This document shows positions 13,355 to 27,539 of a stretch of DNA of 64,000 bases, one piece after another. Made by a program: the position numbers and the translations under genes. The notes beneath the pieces are model-generated. The model saw only the letters and a list, made by a program, of their open reading frames with translations, did not search any database and was not told where the DNA came from. The stretch lies in the NCBI RefSeq assembly GCF_009914755.1, contig NC_060931.1. One strand, 5' to 3'. The stretch is from the human T2T-CHM13v2.0 reference genome, Homo sapiens. Every line of letters begins with the position of its first letter. Positions within the stretch are counted from its first letter, which is position 1.

Positions 13355-13975
13355 TCAAATGAAAATTTCTGTACTTACTATCTCTTCATCTTTCTCTCTC
13401 AACTCACTGTAATCATGTTGTCCCCTCAAAAGAAAATTTCTATACCTGCTATCTCATCTTTACCTCCCTTAACTCACTGTAATCATGTTGTTGTCCCTTT
13501 TCTTTCATTGAAATCACTCTCTTCTTGATGACCAGTGACCTCTACCTCATTAAATCCAATGTTCAATTATTTGTTTCCACCATATCTCACCTCTTGGCAG
13601 GAGCTGACACTACTGACCGTCTTTTCTTTCTTGAAACATCTTGTTCATATGACTTCTAGGATATCGCTTCCCACAGTTTTTCTTGCAAAGCACACTTACC
13701 AATCCTCTTCATTCTCATGGTGTGGATTCTTTTCTTCTCAACATCAATTATTAGAGTGTCCCACATCTCAACAGTTTTGGGTATTCTCTACTATCTATAA
13801 AATAATTCTCTAATTAATCTCATTCAATCTCATGGTTTCAAGTAAGATCTAAATAAGATGACTCTCTAATTTCCAGTCCCATATTTTCCCTAGTTGAATA
13901 GTCAATCACCTCTTTCCCTCTCTACTTAGATCAAACTTAACAAAACTAAAACCAAACTCTTCATTTTATCCCTTA

Positions 13976-14180
13976 CGACAGAGGCTACTAGTAGTTCCCA
14001 AATAACCATTATTTTTTTTCCTTTAGTAAAAGATCCTCAAATTTTCAAGAGGGCATATGGCTAGTTGGAATAAAGACTACATTTCTTCCTTGCAGTTAGA
14101 CGTGGTTATGTTACTAAGGTTGCACCAATAGGATGTAAGTAAAAATATCATGTAAAAGTTATAGAAGGTTCTGTGGGCAA
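13976..14180 (+). mobile_element. LTR33/LTR16-like ERVL LTR fragment
   Basis: AATAAAGACTACATTTC...TTGCAGTTAGACGTGGTTATGTTACTAAG...CCAATAGGATGTAAG motif. Confidence 0.6.
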
Positions 14181-15146
14181 CTTCTGACCACACTAACCCA
14201 TAAAAGATAGCACATTTCTCCCCAGATAGGAACTTTGTGACTGAATTATACTGCGTTATACCTGGAGGGCAAGTTATGCTTTGAACATGGTCTCTTGACT
14301 TGAACAGTCAAATGTTCCTTGACATGGTGGGAAAGTTGACTAATTTTTCATTCAATTATACCCCTTACCTCTCTTCAACCAGCAATAACACATTAATCTG
14401 AATCAAATATAAAGCACGTTCTGTTAAAAAATGAGATTTTAAGCAAAAATATAACCATAATTCCATTTATCATTCAGTGTCCCACCCATTCGCTGTCAGC
14501 CTTCCATTTTGTAAACACCTCAGAGATTACCAAATGCAGAGCACTAGTTTGCGCACAGCAGCCCCTTACCTGAGTAAGTATACTGGAATAGCTAAGTAAG
14601 GAATGAAACCCACCAGACTTAGGAGTTCCAAGGGCATATACATATCCTTTCCATCTGTGAACTTAACTGTGAGGTAAGAGGCTAAACAATTCCTAGATAC
14701 TCAAACAAGGTGTCATATATATTACTTCCACACGTATCTATAAATTGAACATTCCACATAACTCTTCTACATCTCTGGGGCACTGCTATAAACTGGATAT
14801 CTTTCTTTACAGAACATATGAAGATGTAACTTGTCATGTTGGCTTTTTGCAGTAACAACTTTAGTAGTAGTATGGAATTCCACCATGTGCATTTCTATGT
14901 GCTGATCTCATCCTTCCCCTCATTATTTTGCTATGTTCTTATAGTGCTCATTCTCTCCATTACTTATTATATCTTTTTATGTGACTGTATTTTTGTGGAA
15001 CACCTAAAATTCTTTGTGGAATAGTGCTGAGATAACTACACAAATAAAATTAAAATCTAGTGGCTGGAATGGGTAAATATGATTGCCAAAATACTTAGCA
15101 AGAAGTAGGGGCTTGAATTCAAGGCTGACAATCTATCTATAGGTGA

Positions 15147-15499
<353 letters not shown>

Positions 15500-16464
15500 T
15501 CTTAAAATATAATTGATTATTCATTATTATTTAATATTAATCTTTACCTTTTAAATGTGTTTTAAGACAGCTGACTGATTTCACCATTGTGACAGAGACC
15601 TGCTATCTGGAATAGGAACTTCATAAACCAACCACTCCTAAACCTTTCAGGCCATTGATAGTCATTTTCTCATATAGAAAAGCAAACAACCCTTGCCAAA
15701 GCCTTTCAGAAGTAAAGGCTGAAATTATTCAGAGAAGATGAGGCTCAGTTGGAACAAAATTGTCATAGAAAGAAATCAGGGAGGAGATGGAGGGAATCAG
15801 CTGGGAGGATACGAGGTGACACTGTCCCATTAGTTGTTAGATAAATGACAAAACATTATCGAAAAGAAACAATGTAATAAATGTTAGCATTCTGTTTCCC
15901 TTATACGCTTAGCTGTTGATAAGAGTGGGCATTTTACATCTTCAAGGGTGATTCTTAAACACCATTTGAATGAAAAGAAACGTGAGCAACTGAAAGGATT
16001 ACCTGTGTCTGGGTTTCCCTGAAACCTAATATTATGAAGGAGAAAAGAAAAAGCAGAACTGCCATCCATCATTCTTTCCTTTTCATCTTTATATCACATT
16101 ATCTAGCCACAATTTCCACACATTTCAAAGATTATGTATTAGTATTTTTATTCTTTGCAGATATTAGAAAGTCAAGCATGGGGTCTACATTTTGTACACA
16201 CAATGTTAACTGATATAGAAGAGCAGTACAATCATGACCTCACTCGTATGGTAATTTTTTTACACAATACAGAAACTTCCCAGGGCAGCTCAAAATCCAG
16301 TAACTCAAAATAATTATGCAATGAAAATATAGCTTTAGGTGCATCATTTATTTCAAAAACAGAAAGCAGGACCTCAATCAATTTAATGCCTTAGGTAAGT
16401 GATTTAAAAAGATTAAGTCTTTAAGTGAAATTTCTCTGCCTGCCATAAACAGCAATTTATATCA

Positions 16465-17045
16465 TGTGGTGGTTTTATATTATGTCAACTTAGCTAAGCT
16501 AAACTACATTTCCCGGAGTTCCCCATTCTGTATGTTTCCTGTGACAGATTCACTTGGGATGGCCCAAGTAAAGAGCAACCATTTTGTAGCTCTTCTACAT
16601 CTTTGCTTATTACCTGACTCACCTTGTAGATGTGAGGCAGCAGCTGAGCCTGTAACTTCTGTGCCTTTCTCTGGATGCTCCATTAGCTTCTTTACTTCCT
16701 GGGCCAGGTGTGTGAGTTTAGGGCCCCAGCTTCTGCAGGACGCCCCCCATACTACCAAAATTGGAGACAAGAACTCATGTTTCAATCCATCTTCATGGTC
16801 TCTAGCTCACCTTTGTAAGTTTTAGTTTGCTCTTCATCAACCTTTCTTTATATCCATATTCCCTCACAACTGCCCGCCTTGTGGACTTCATACTCCAGGG
16901 TTAGGAAGACAAAGACCTTACAGAAATTTCTTAACCAGCTCTAACAATTCTGAAGGGTCAAATCTCTATAACAAACCCAAATCCCTTAATATATGCATAC
17001 ATATCTCCTAATGGTCTACTTTTCCAATTGAGCCTCGACTGATAA
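16465..17045 (+). mobile_element. ERVL solo LTR (LTR41/LTR52-like)
   Basis: Starts TGTGGTGGTTTTATATTATGTCAACTTAGCTAAGCTAAACTACATTTCCC; ends ...GACTGATA like ERVL LTR termini. Confidence 0.65.
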
Positions 17046-17964
17046 ATCAGAATCTCAACCATATACCTTAACCTATAGTCACTGAAAACAAAAGCTGTCT
17101 CTAATATCACAGGACATTATATAATATTAATAATCATATATAGGTCAGCTAGCTTGGAATAACCTCATTTATTTTCAGAGGCAAAGCACAACAGCAGGTA
17201 CTTGTGATTCTGGACTACTTAACTGCCATATTTCCTCATTTTAAATCTTATACAGTGTCCCAATCCTAATGGTTTGGTGACCATTAAACTCCAACTTCCT
17301 GCATAACTTTGGACTGTAAAATCTTCCTCAATTTTAGGTCTCCTTTTCTCCTGTCTTGGTCGCATGGTGATCTCACCAGTACAGCTTCATTGTTCCTCCA
17401 AATAAAAAAGGGAAATTTATGCAGACTATCCATATAATAAGAAACTTCATGTTTTGGGATGAATACATATATAAATATTAAGGTATAAAACTTAAGATTT
17501 GCCCAGTGCACTATATCTAAATTATATTTTTTAAAGAGAATACCCACATCTTATGCTCCAGTAATGCTCACATTCTGTACTTTAAAAGAATGCTCTGCAA
17601 CAGTGTCAGGACAAAAGGGTTAAGAGCACAGTTTTTCTTAAATTAGGTCTATCATTATGTTTGCTCATTATATCTGATACAAAGAAAATAACCATATCAT
17701 TATCTTTTCCAAAAATCATGACATTATTGACTTCTTATAACATCAATGTGTGCTGATTATAAAAAAATTAAATTCAAGAAATTGTTTAAAAAGAAGAAAT
17801 ACTACCACTCAGCAATAATCAACAATTTGTGAAACTTTATTCTAGTTATCTCTCAAGGATTTCTGACATATATACTATATCAAGAGAAAAACAGCTAGCT
17901 AAATAACTTGATAGTGAGATAGATAAAACAATGTGTAACAATGATATTTTACCAGAGCTATATA

Positions 17965-18153
17965 AAAAGCACTGGATTTGCTTGAGTTCAAATCCCCACA
18001 TTGTCGAGTAAACTAAGAAAGTTAAAAATCTTTCTGTGTCTCAGTTTTCTCATAAGTAAAATTGAGATAAAAATAGGGCCTTTCTTATACAGTTGTTGTA
18101 AGATTTAAATTAATTATTAGGTGTAAAGCCCATATTCAATAAGTGTTAATTAT
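17965..18153 (+). mobile_element. MIR SINE
   Basis: GAGTTCAAATCC...TCTGTGTCTCAGTTTTCTCATAAGTAAAAT...GTTGTTGTAAGATTTAAAT. Confidence 0.72.
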
Positions 18154-18336
18154 GTTGTAGATAAAGGTATTTTATTATTAAGGCTTTTATGAAGGAAAAA
18201 ACCTGAAATAATGGCTTAATGTTTCTTTAATGCTACTCCCTAAAGATCTCTATAATCAAGAAGAAAGATGTTAAAAGATACCAATATTTTGGACTTACTT
18301 TTGGTTATGTTTCTTTTTAGACAGCATTACTGATAG

Positions 18337-18708
<372 letters not shown>

Positions 18709-18779
18709 TATTTTTATTATTTTATCGAGATTTATAAGATTTTTTTATCTTTTATTAAAAATTTTCCCAGTTATATGTG

Positions 18780-19562
18780 GTCTGTATTTAAGTGGATTCA
18801 ACAGTCATGACCAATCATTCTACTGCTACTTCCAGATTTCTGAGTTCATTATTTAGATTTATCTCTTGATTAGTTGAATTTCAGTTTATTCATTTATTCT
18901 AGAATAATTTTGGGCTTCTATATCCCCTGAGTTCTTCCATGTTTGAGAATGCCTTTCTGTTGCCTTATTAATTCCAAAATAAATACTTAGCTGAACATAA
19001 AGGACACTCTTTGATCACAGTTTCTCTTTAGAAATTGTTAGACATTCTTCCATTATCATCTGACACTACTGTGGAGAAGACTGAAAGCAGCTATTATCAG
19101 GGAAATTTTCCTTTATAACTACACCTACTTTTTCTCACTCATTTGTTGTCGTGTCTACTTCAAGAATACAATTATCCTTATATTTATTCCTGTCTGTCCT
19201 TTATAACTGTTTCTGCACTTGCTTTGCTATGTTGCTTTTTTCCCCTCTTTTTTTATGACCATCTTTCCTGTATGTCAATAGTTGCATTTAAGCTATTTAC
19301 TCTATTTTTGTATTTGTAGCATATTTGTGAAATCTGTAACAGAGTTTGCTGTTGTTGTACTCATGCTATTTCTCTTGTTCTTCAATCTCACATTCCTTCT
19401 CATTCTACTGTTTAACAGTTTTTTTTTTTAACAGAATTTATATTTGTATCTTTGGGAATTTTGTTTCTTGAGTTTTCTTATAGATTGACTTATTTGCCCT
19501 TTTATTGGAATGTCTTTTTTCAATTTTTGTGATAGTGTGTTTGCACATTCTTCCTATATCAA
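18780..19562 (-). mobile_element. Ancient L1M/HAL1-like fragment (probably continues at ~22606-23400)
   Basis: T-rich reverse ORF1-like text (TTTGAGAATGCCTTTCTGTTGCCTT...TTAGCTGAACATAAA); weak match only. Confidence 0.45.
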
Positions 19563-19708
19563 TGCTATGATCAATGTGACTGCAGCTCCTCCCAAGAAGA
19601 GAGAAAATCTATCTCCTATCTCTTAACTTCATTCAAGCCTTGTGACTTTTTTAGCCAAAGAAATACGATGTATTTGTCCAAAGACTACCCCCAAGAAACA
19701 CTGTGCAC

Positions 19709-22303
19709 ATCTTTCAGCCATGGACACCACTGTGAATCCCGAAACAGCCTTGTGACCCAGCTCCAGCTCTGCTCTACCACCAGTCCAGAGTCATTCCTTC
19801 CTGTACAGGGTCGTGATGAGAGCCCCTGGGTACAGGCCTGCTAATGATAACCTCAGGCCCAACTACGGATCCTGAAGTGGTCCTGTGGCCCATCTCACCC
19901 TACTCTTACTCCTGCCCACCTCAAGACCCAGCAATGACCATCTGTGTCCCTGGTAGCATACACACCTACCTCCTCTTGGCTGTGGACCCTGAGGTCAGTC
20001 TATGAATTGACTGTGGACCAACCTTGAAGTATCCCTGAGACTCTATTCCAGCCCTAGTCTGCAGCAATTCAGGGGCAGTCCTTCCTGCCCAGAGAACCTG
20101 TGGGACACACACCTGTCCAAGCCCCCAGTGCCAGGCCTGCTGACTTAGGTCCTGACTGAAGACCCTGAAGCAGCCCTGTGACCTGGCTCCAGCCCCAGTC
20201 TACCATGGTCCCAAAGGCAGGCTTGTTCCCCTGGGAATCCAGTGGCAACCATGTGCAGTAACAAGTCTTCCAACTTCTGACTCACCTATAGCCAAAAACA
20301 GCTACATGATCTGGCTCCAGCCCCAGCTGACTGTGATCACAGAGGTAGTCCCATGAATGCAGGGATCTAGCAGGAGAAAGTCTTTACCCGCTAAAACTAG
20401 TCTGCAAAGACAGGAAGAGGTGTTTGCCCCTTCAGACATATAGATATCAACACAATAAACCTATGCATATACAGTCAACCAATCTTCAACAAAGTCACCA
20501 AAAGTGCACTATGGGGAAGGAATAATCTCTTCAATAAATAATACTGGGAAAACTGGATACCCACATGCAAAAGAATGAAACTGAACACTTATCTTACACC
20601 GAACACAAAAATCAACTCAAAATAGATTAAAGACTTAAATGTAAGACCTGAAACCATAAAACAGCAGAAAGAAAACAGGGGAAAATATCCTTAACATTGG
20701 TCTTGGCAATGATTTTTTGGATAGGAGATTAAAAGCACAGGCACCAAAAGCAAAAACAAAAAGTGAAACTACAGTCATGTGTAGCTTAAAGATGGGGTTA
20801 CATTTTGAGAAATGCATTTTAGGTGATTTGTTCACTGTACAAACATCATAAAGTATACTTACACAAACCTAGATAGTATAGGCACTATACACCTAGGCTA
20901 GATGGTATGGCCTATTGCCCCTAGACCATAAACCTGTCTGTGACTGTACTGAATACTGTAGGCAACTGTAACACAATGGTATTTATGCACCTAAGCCTAT
21001 CTAAACATAGAAAAGCTACAATAAAAACATTGTAAAAAAGATTAAAAATTGCATACCTGTATAGGGCAGCTCCATTATAATCTCATGGGACCACTATACT
21101 GTATATGTTCATCATTGACCAAAACATCATTATGTCACACATGCCTGCACATCAAACAAAAGTTTCTGCACAGCAAAGGAAATAACCAACAAAATGAAAA
21201 GGCAGTCTACAAAATGGGAGAAAACATTTCATTTCAACCCACATACATAAGGGGCTAAAAGGGAAATATTTAAGGAACTCATATAACTCAATAGCAAAAA
21301 ATAAATAAATAACACAATTTTTCAAATGGAAAAAGGACTTGAATCAACATTTGTCAAAAAAAGGCATATATATGAGCAACCAGGGTGTGAAATGATGATA
21401 AACATCACTAATCATATGGGAAAAGTTCATTAAAACCACAATGAGATATCAATTTGCACTTTTTAGGATGACTATTATAGAAAAAAAACAAGCGATAACA
21501 AAAGTTGGTGAAGACGTGAAGGAAGGGAACCTATGTACCGTGCTGGTGAGAATGCAAACTGGTACAACCACTATGGAAAACAGTACAGAGGTCCCTCAAA
21601 AGATGAAAAACAGAACTATTATGTTATCCAGCAAACCCACTCTGGGTATACTCCTTCCAAAGGAAATAAAATTAGTATGTCAAAGAGATACTTACACTTC
21701 CATGTTTCCTGCAGCATTATTCACAATAGCCAAAATATGTAACCAACCTAAGTGCCTGCTGATGAATTAATGGATAAAGCAAATGTAGTGTATATATACA
21801 ATGGAATATTATTCAGCCTAAAAAAAAAAGGAAAATTCTGCCATTTTCAACAACTTGGGTGGATCTGAAAGACGTTACCTTAAGTGAAATAAGCTAGGCA
21901 CAGAAAGGCAAATACTGCATAATCTCACTTATATGTAATTCTAAAAAATTTGAACTCACAGAAACAGAGAGTGGAAGAGTGGTTACCAGAACAGGGGCTA
22001 TGGGGAGATGTTGGTCAAAGGGTACTAATCTTCAGTTATAGGATGAATAAGTTCCAGAGACCTGATGTACAGCATGACGACCACAGTTAATAATAACATA
22101 TTGCATACTAAAAATTTGCTAAGAGAGTAGATCTTAAGTGTTCTCACCACACACACACAAAAAGGTAACTACAGTATTAGGTAATATGTTAATTATATTG
22201 TGGTAATCATTTCAAAACATGTGTATCGAAATCTCATGTTGAATGCTTTAAATATATACAATTGTTATTTGTCAGTCATACCTCAAAAACGCTATACAGA
22301 AAA
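19709..22303 (+). mobile_element. L1MA9/10-like element: monomer-like 5'UTR joined to the 3' end of ORF2 and the 3'UTR (internally deleted)
   Basis: 16-bp TSD AAGAAACACTGTGCAC (19693-19708) / AAGAAACTTTGTGCAC (22304-22319); repeated 5'UTR motifs at ~19745, 20171 and 20300; late-ORF2 text from ~20455; ORF 21441-21770 contains MFPAALFTIAKICNQPKC. Confidence 0.82.
20772..21147. mobile_element. Tigger3a/MER7-type Tc1-mariner MITE inside L1MA
   Basis: Terminal inverted repeats (TIRs) CAGTCATGTGT / ACACATGCCTG; inserted at the TA of L1 GAAACTA|CATCAAAC; internal ACTTACACAAACCTAGAT...ACACCTAGGCTA. Confidence 0.88.
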
Positions 22304-24432
22304 AAGAAACTTTGTGCACTTCTGCCTCCTCTCTTGAACTCTGTCCAGCCCTAACATGAACAATCGTGGGCTAGACTGCTAGGGCATGAGAGACCACAAA
22401 GAGTTAATGGACAGTCCCAGTAAGTCAGCCTCCAAAGGATCTGGCAGCTGACTGCAGACTTATGACTGGGCCCAGCTGAAACCAGAACTGCCTAGCTGAG
22501 CACAGATCAATTGCAAACCTGCAGGACTGTGAATTAAATAAATACTCATTATTTTAAAACACTGAATCATGGTAGTTTGTTTTCCAACAAAATATAAGTG
22601 ATCTAGTCTCCATGCCTTTCTTTTCATCCTGCTGAGAGACTTAACATTGGTGTCTTTATTCAGAATACCTACTGTCTTTAATAATATCAATATGAGTGAA
22701 TTCTCTTGTATCCTGTCTTCATTGGTTTTTTTTTTTCTATGACCCATCTTTCTGCACACTTCAGTAGGAGTGCTGGCTACTACTTCTTGGCTATTTTGCC
22801 GAAGCCTAGAGGCATGGAGATGAGGTAGCATTTAGTTGAGAGGGCATTTAGCATTTGCTGGGTTTCTGAACTTGTTTCTTTCATCAGAGATGCCATAAAT
22901 ACTCACACTCAGGCCCACTTACATAGTGAGGGTCTTCTCTCACTCTCATGGGCTTCAGCTCATTCTCCAAGATTGTGAAGGGTCTCTAAGACCTTTCAGC
23001 CCCACTAATGAATGTTTTTTCAGTGGTAGAAAAGGATGTCTACTTTCAAATGTTTGGGGTTTTTGGTTTTTTACTTTCAAGAGTTTTTCACCAGTCTGCC
23101 TACTCACCTTAAAAGGCTACTTCTCTCCAAATTGGGTCATTAGTAAAATTTTTTGGAATTTCATTATGTGTGCTTTATTCCATCATATGAAAAGCAGGTC
23201 TCAGGGGTTAGGGGATAGGTTCTGCCTTACCAGAATCTTCTTTATCTTTCCTCATCTGCCATTTTTTGAGGTTTATGGCTTGATGTTATACCTCTTTTCC
23301 TTAATTTTTGCCCCCTTGTAATTTGCAAGTTATTTTTCCTTACCAGTTTTGATTTATTTTTTATGTATAAGGGATTTTGCTTTATTTTATCCATAAGTTG
23401 GTCATATGTGTATCACATTACACAAAGTTATGCACAATAACATCACATTTCTCTATTATTCTCTAAAGAAGTAAAACCCAGAAGTATAAAACACTTCATA
23501 TGTCTGAAAAGGTGACTCTGTCACTTCAATTGTGTAGTTACTCCTGCCCTAAAGATTGTTACCAATTGCAAGATTATTGAAAAGACTTGCGATTTCTAAC
23601 TAGGTGACTGATAACACTTAAAACAGTGTTCACTGTTGGAGAGGTCTAAAATTCACACGAAATTAGGGTGAACTGCTCTAGCCTGCTTGAGGCATAAGGG
23701 ATCCTTAAGCCTGCCTGGGTCTTTTTTCTTTTTTCTCCTAGCCAGAACCCTTCATGATGAATAACATGTTCTCTGAGGCCTAACGCTTCCTGAGCTTCCT
23801 TTGTCCTGCTTAAAAAGCCTTTATGTTGGAGAATCCCACACATTCTCCCTTTTTTTCCTCTCAAAGCAGGGATTCTGGAGACACTCACTTTCAGCTAGAC
23901 GGCTTTGTATTTGCAGCTTATTTTGTGGTTAAGAATACAGTAAATCAGTGACCTCCTTTCCCCTATCTGCTATGTAGTTTATTTAATTTAGCCTTTTAAT
24001 ATAAAACTGGTGTGAACTAGGAGACAGTAGAGAAGGGTTAGAGTCCTGCCAGGCACCCGCAAGTTAGAATCTCCAAATGCTTGTGAAACTTTACAAATGA
24101 TGATGAGAAAGACTTCAAATGGAAACCTGAAGAGGAGCATCAAAAGCTTCCTCTTTTTTTTTGTCTCACTTTCTATGATTTTTGACTATTATGTTTTATA
24201 GGTTTCTACAATAAAGGAATTAAATTGGGAAGAATTTTGGGAAACTAGTATAATATAGACATGAAAAACTACCTAAATTATCTGTGAGGTTTTCCTTTTC
24301 AACAGACCTGAGTTGTCACTTGGCTTGTTCCTGTGTTGTCTCAGTTGCATAGTACACAAATTACTTTTGGGATCTTAGAGAAGCTTTTCTAAAAAATGAT
24401 AGGGTAAGGTTAAGATTCAGAGGCTTAAGCCC

Positions 24433-24863
24433 TGTATTAGTCCATTCTCACATTGCTATAAAGAAATACCTGAGACGAGGTAATTTATAAAGAAAAGAGG
24501 TTTAATTGGCTCACAGTTCTGCAGACTGTACAGGAAGTGTGATGCTGACATCTTCTTGGCTTCTAGGAAGTGGGGGGGGGGGTCTCAGGAAACTTTCATG
24601 GTGGAAAGTGAAGGGAGAACAGGTAAGTTACAATGGCCAGAGCAGAAGCAAGAGGGAAAGGGGGGAGGTGCTACACACTTTTAAAGGACCAGATCTCACG
24701 AGAACTCACTATCACAAAGACAGTACCACAGGGGACGGCGCTAAACAATTCATGAGAAATCCACCCCCGTGATCCAGTCACCTCCCACCAGGTCCCACCT
24801 CCAACACTGAGGTTTACATTTCAATATGAAACTTGAGCAGGAACACACATCCAAACTATATAA
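24433..24863 (-). mobile_element. MSTA-like MaLR solo LTR
   Basis: TGTATTAGTCCATTCTCACATTGCTATAAAGAAATACCTGAGAC...CCAAACTATA. Confidence 0.9.
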
Positions 24864-25309
24864 TACCCTAATCCATGCATTATTTCTAAAAATTGATTCC
24901 AAGGTTTACTGTAACAATAATGATCATACTATATAAACAAATATATTCCCATTATAATAATTGAAGAGTTAGGAAAAATATTAATATGAAATCATCAATG
25001 AAAGAATTTTCCAATTATTCTTCTTTCTTGTTCAATATATTACTTAACTGCAAAAGTAGTTGTAGGGAAACATCGGTTGGTTTTATATACTCAGGCTCTA
25101 CAACCCTTTGATTTGCTACAGGTGCTCATTTTTACTCTTTTAACATACAGTGTGGTAGACTGTAGTTTAGGATACCTCTCCTCTCCCAGCTAAGGAGTGA
25201 TAGGTACGAAGCCCAAACTTGGACAGCCAGATTCTCCTCCAACAAATTCAGAATTTCAGTCTTAATTATAATGACATAAAGACTGAAATCAGCTGGCTTT
25301 CATCATCCC

Positions 25310-25476
25310 AAAGGTAAAATTATGAAGCACGTTTCACCTGAGGAGATTAAAAAACTATTGCTGCCTGTGTCCGCCCAAGGGATCCTGATTTAATTGGTCT
25401 GGGTGTGGCCTAAGCATCAGGGCTTTTAAAAGTTTCCCACCTTATTGTAAAGTTCAGCAAGAACTAAGGACCACTT
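25310..25476. mobile_element. MER5A1-like MITE
   Basis: TCACCTGAGGAG...CTGATTTAATTGGTCTGGGTGTGGCCT...TTTTAAAAGTTTCCCA...GGACCACT. Confidence 0.7.
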
Positions 25477-25531
25477 CTGCAGTTCAAAAGAGACTCTCTA
25501 TTAGTCTACTTTGATCTGTGAAGATGCCCTG

Positions 25532-25882
25532 TGTTCTAGTCTGTTCTCACACTGCTAATAAAGACATACCTGAGACTGGATAATTTTATAAAGGAAAGAG
25601 GTTTAATTGACTCACAATTCCACTGGCTGGGGAGGCTGAACAATCACTGCAGAATGCAAATGAGGAGAAAAGTCACGTCTTACATGGTGGCAGGCAAGAG
25701 AGCGTGTGTATTACAAAACCATCAGATCTCGTGAGACTTATTCACTATCATGAGAACAGCATGGGAAAGACTCACCCCTGTGATTCAATTATCTTCCTCT
25801 GGGTCCCTCCCATGACATATGGGAATTATGGGAGCTACAATTCAAGATGAGATTTGGTTTGGGACACAGCCAAACCATATCA
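25532..25882 (-). mobile_element. THE1B/C-like solo LTR
   Basis: ...GCTAATAAAGACATACCTGAGACTG...GGGACACAGCCAAACCATATCA; perfect 5-bp TSD CCCTG (25527-25531 / 25883-25887). Confidence 0.93.
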
Positions 25883-26287
25883 CCCTGCCTGATTCATATT
25901 TTTTTCAAAGGCTGGTTCTTCAGATTTTTCTTTAATATTGTGAAATACCCTATGTTATTCTGATAAATATTGTCTACATTAGTCAAAGTCAGTTTCTGTT
26001 ACTTGCAACCAAAGAGCCTTAATTGTTACAGTGGTGAAAACTGAGCAAAAAATGTTAACTTTTAAAAAAATGTCCTCCCATTAACTCTTCCATCCTTCTC
26101 AACTGAAATGTTCCTCTTCCATCCACAGGACCACAATGAAAGGCTGAGCAGAGTACTGACTGCCCAGAGCCCTTAGCCAAGGAGGGAGTGGAGACTATAA
26201 TTCAGCCTACACTCTTCCTGTTAAACAATGTAAAATAGCATGCGACTGATGTGCCCAGAGGAAGACACACTTAAAAAAAAAAAATTT

Positions 26288-26596
<309 letters not shown>

Positions 26597-26597
26597 T

Positions 26598-26600
<3 letters not shown>

Positions 26601-26639
<39 letters not shown>
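26601..26639. repeat. (AC)19 microsatellite
   Basis: Read directly. Confidence 0.98.
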
Positions 26640-26641
<2 letters not shown>

Positions 26642-26990
26642 GACACCATCTTTTTTTCAAGACTTAAGCCCATGGAACTATTATGCAAAAAAATGGGTGT
26701 CTTTTTCTAATCTGCACAAATAAAACATATGGGTAGTTGTCCTGACTGTTCACTTTCTAACATGATCAATCATTTATTTCCTTCTTTAAACTTCAACACT
26801 TAGAATATTTTATCTATCTAAAGACCTTTCTCTCTCACTTTCAAGATCTACCTCACAACTACTTTTCCTCAGATCACTCTGAATAGGTAATAAGAAGACA
26901 ACTTTTTATATTACTCACATATGTATTTCAAGAATTGATTATTAAACATTTCCAATGTTTTTCTCAGTGTCTGTAGAGGATTTCAATTCA

Positions 26991-27539
<549 letters not shown>

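Larger units (their letters stand above)
11050..13975 (+). mobile_element. Long degraded L2 LINE, interrupted by an MLT1E-like LTR and an AluJ
   Basis: Pyrimidine-rich L2-like text, e.g. TCAGCAGATGATCTTG...TTCACTGAAAAAAATTGAGGCAA, TCTCATTCAATCTCATGGTTTCAA, CAAAACCAAACTCTTCAT. Confidence 0.65.
19563..22605 (+). mobile_element. MLT1H-like MaLR LTR split by an L1MA insertion (pieces ~19563-19708 and ~22304-22605)
   Basis: 3' piece matches MLT1H wording (GGGCTAGACTGCT...ATGAGAGACCAC...CAGAACTGCCTAGCTGAG...AAATAAATA). 5' piece has CAGCTCCTCCCAAGAAGAG...GCCTTGTGACT. Confidence 0.72.
25151..26030 (+). mobile_element. Old ERVL LTR (LTR16/33/67-like), interrupted by MER5A1 and THE1
   Basis: Starts TGTGGTAGAC; ends AGTCAGTTTCTGTTACTTGCAACCAAAGAGCCTTAATTGTTACA. 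Confidence 0.55.
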
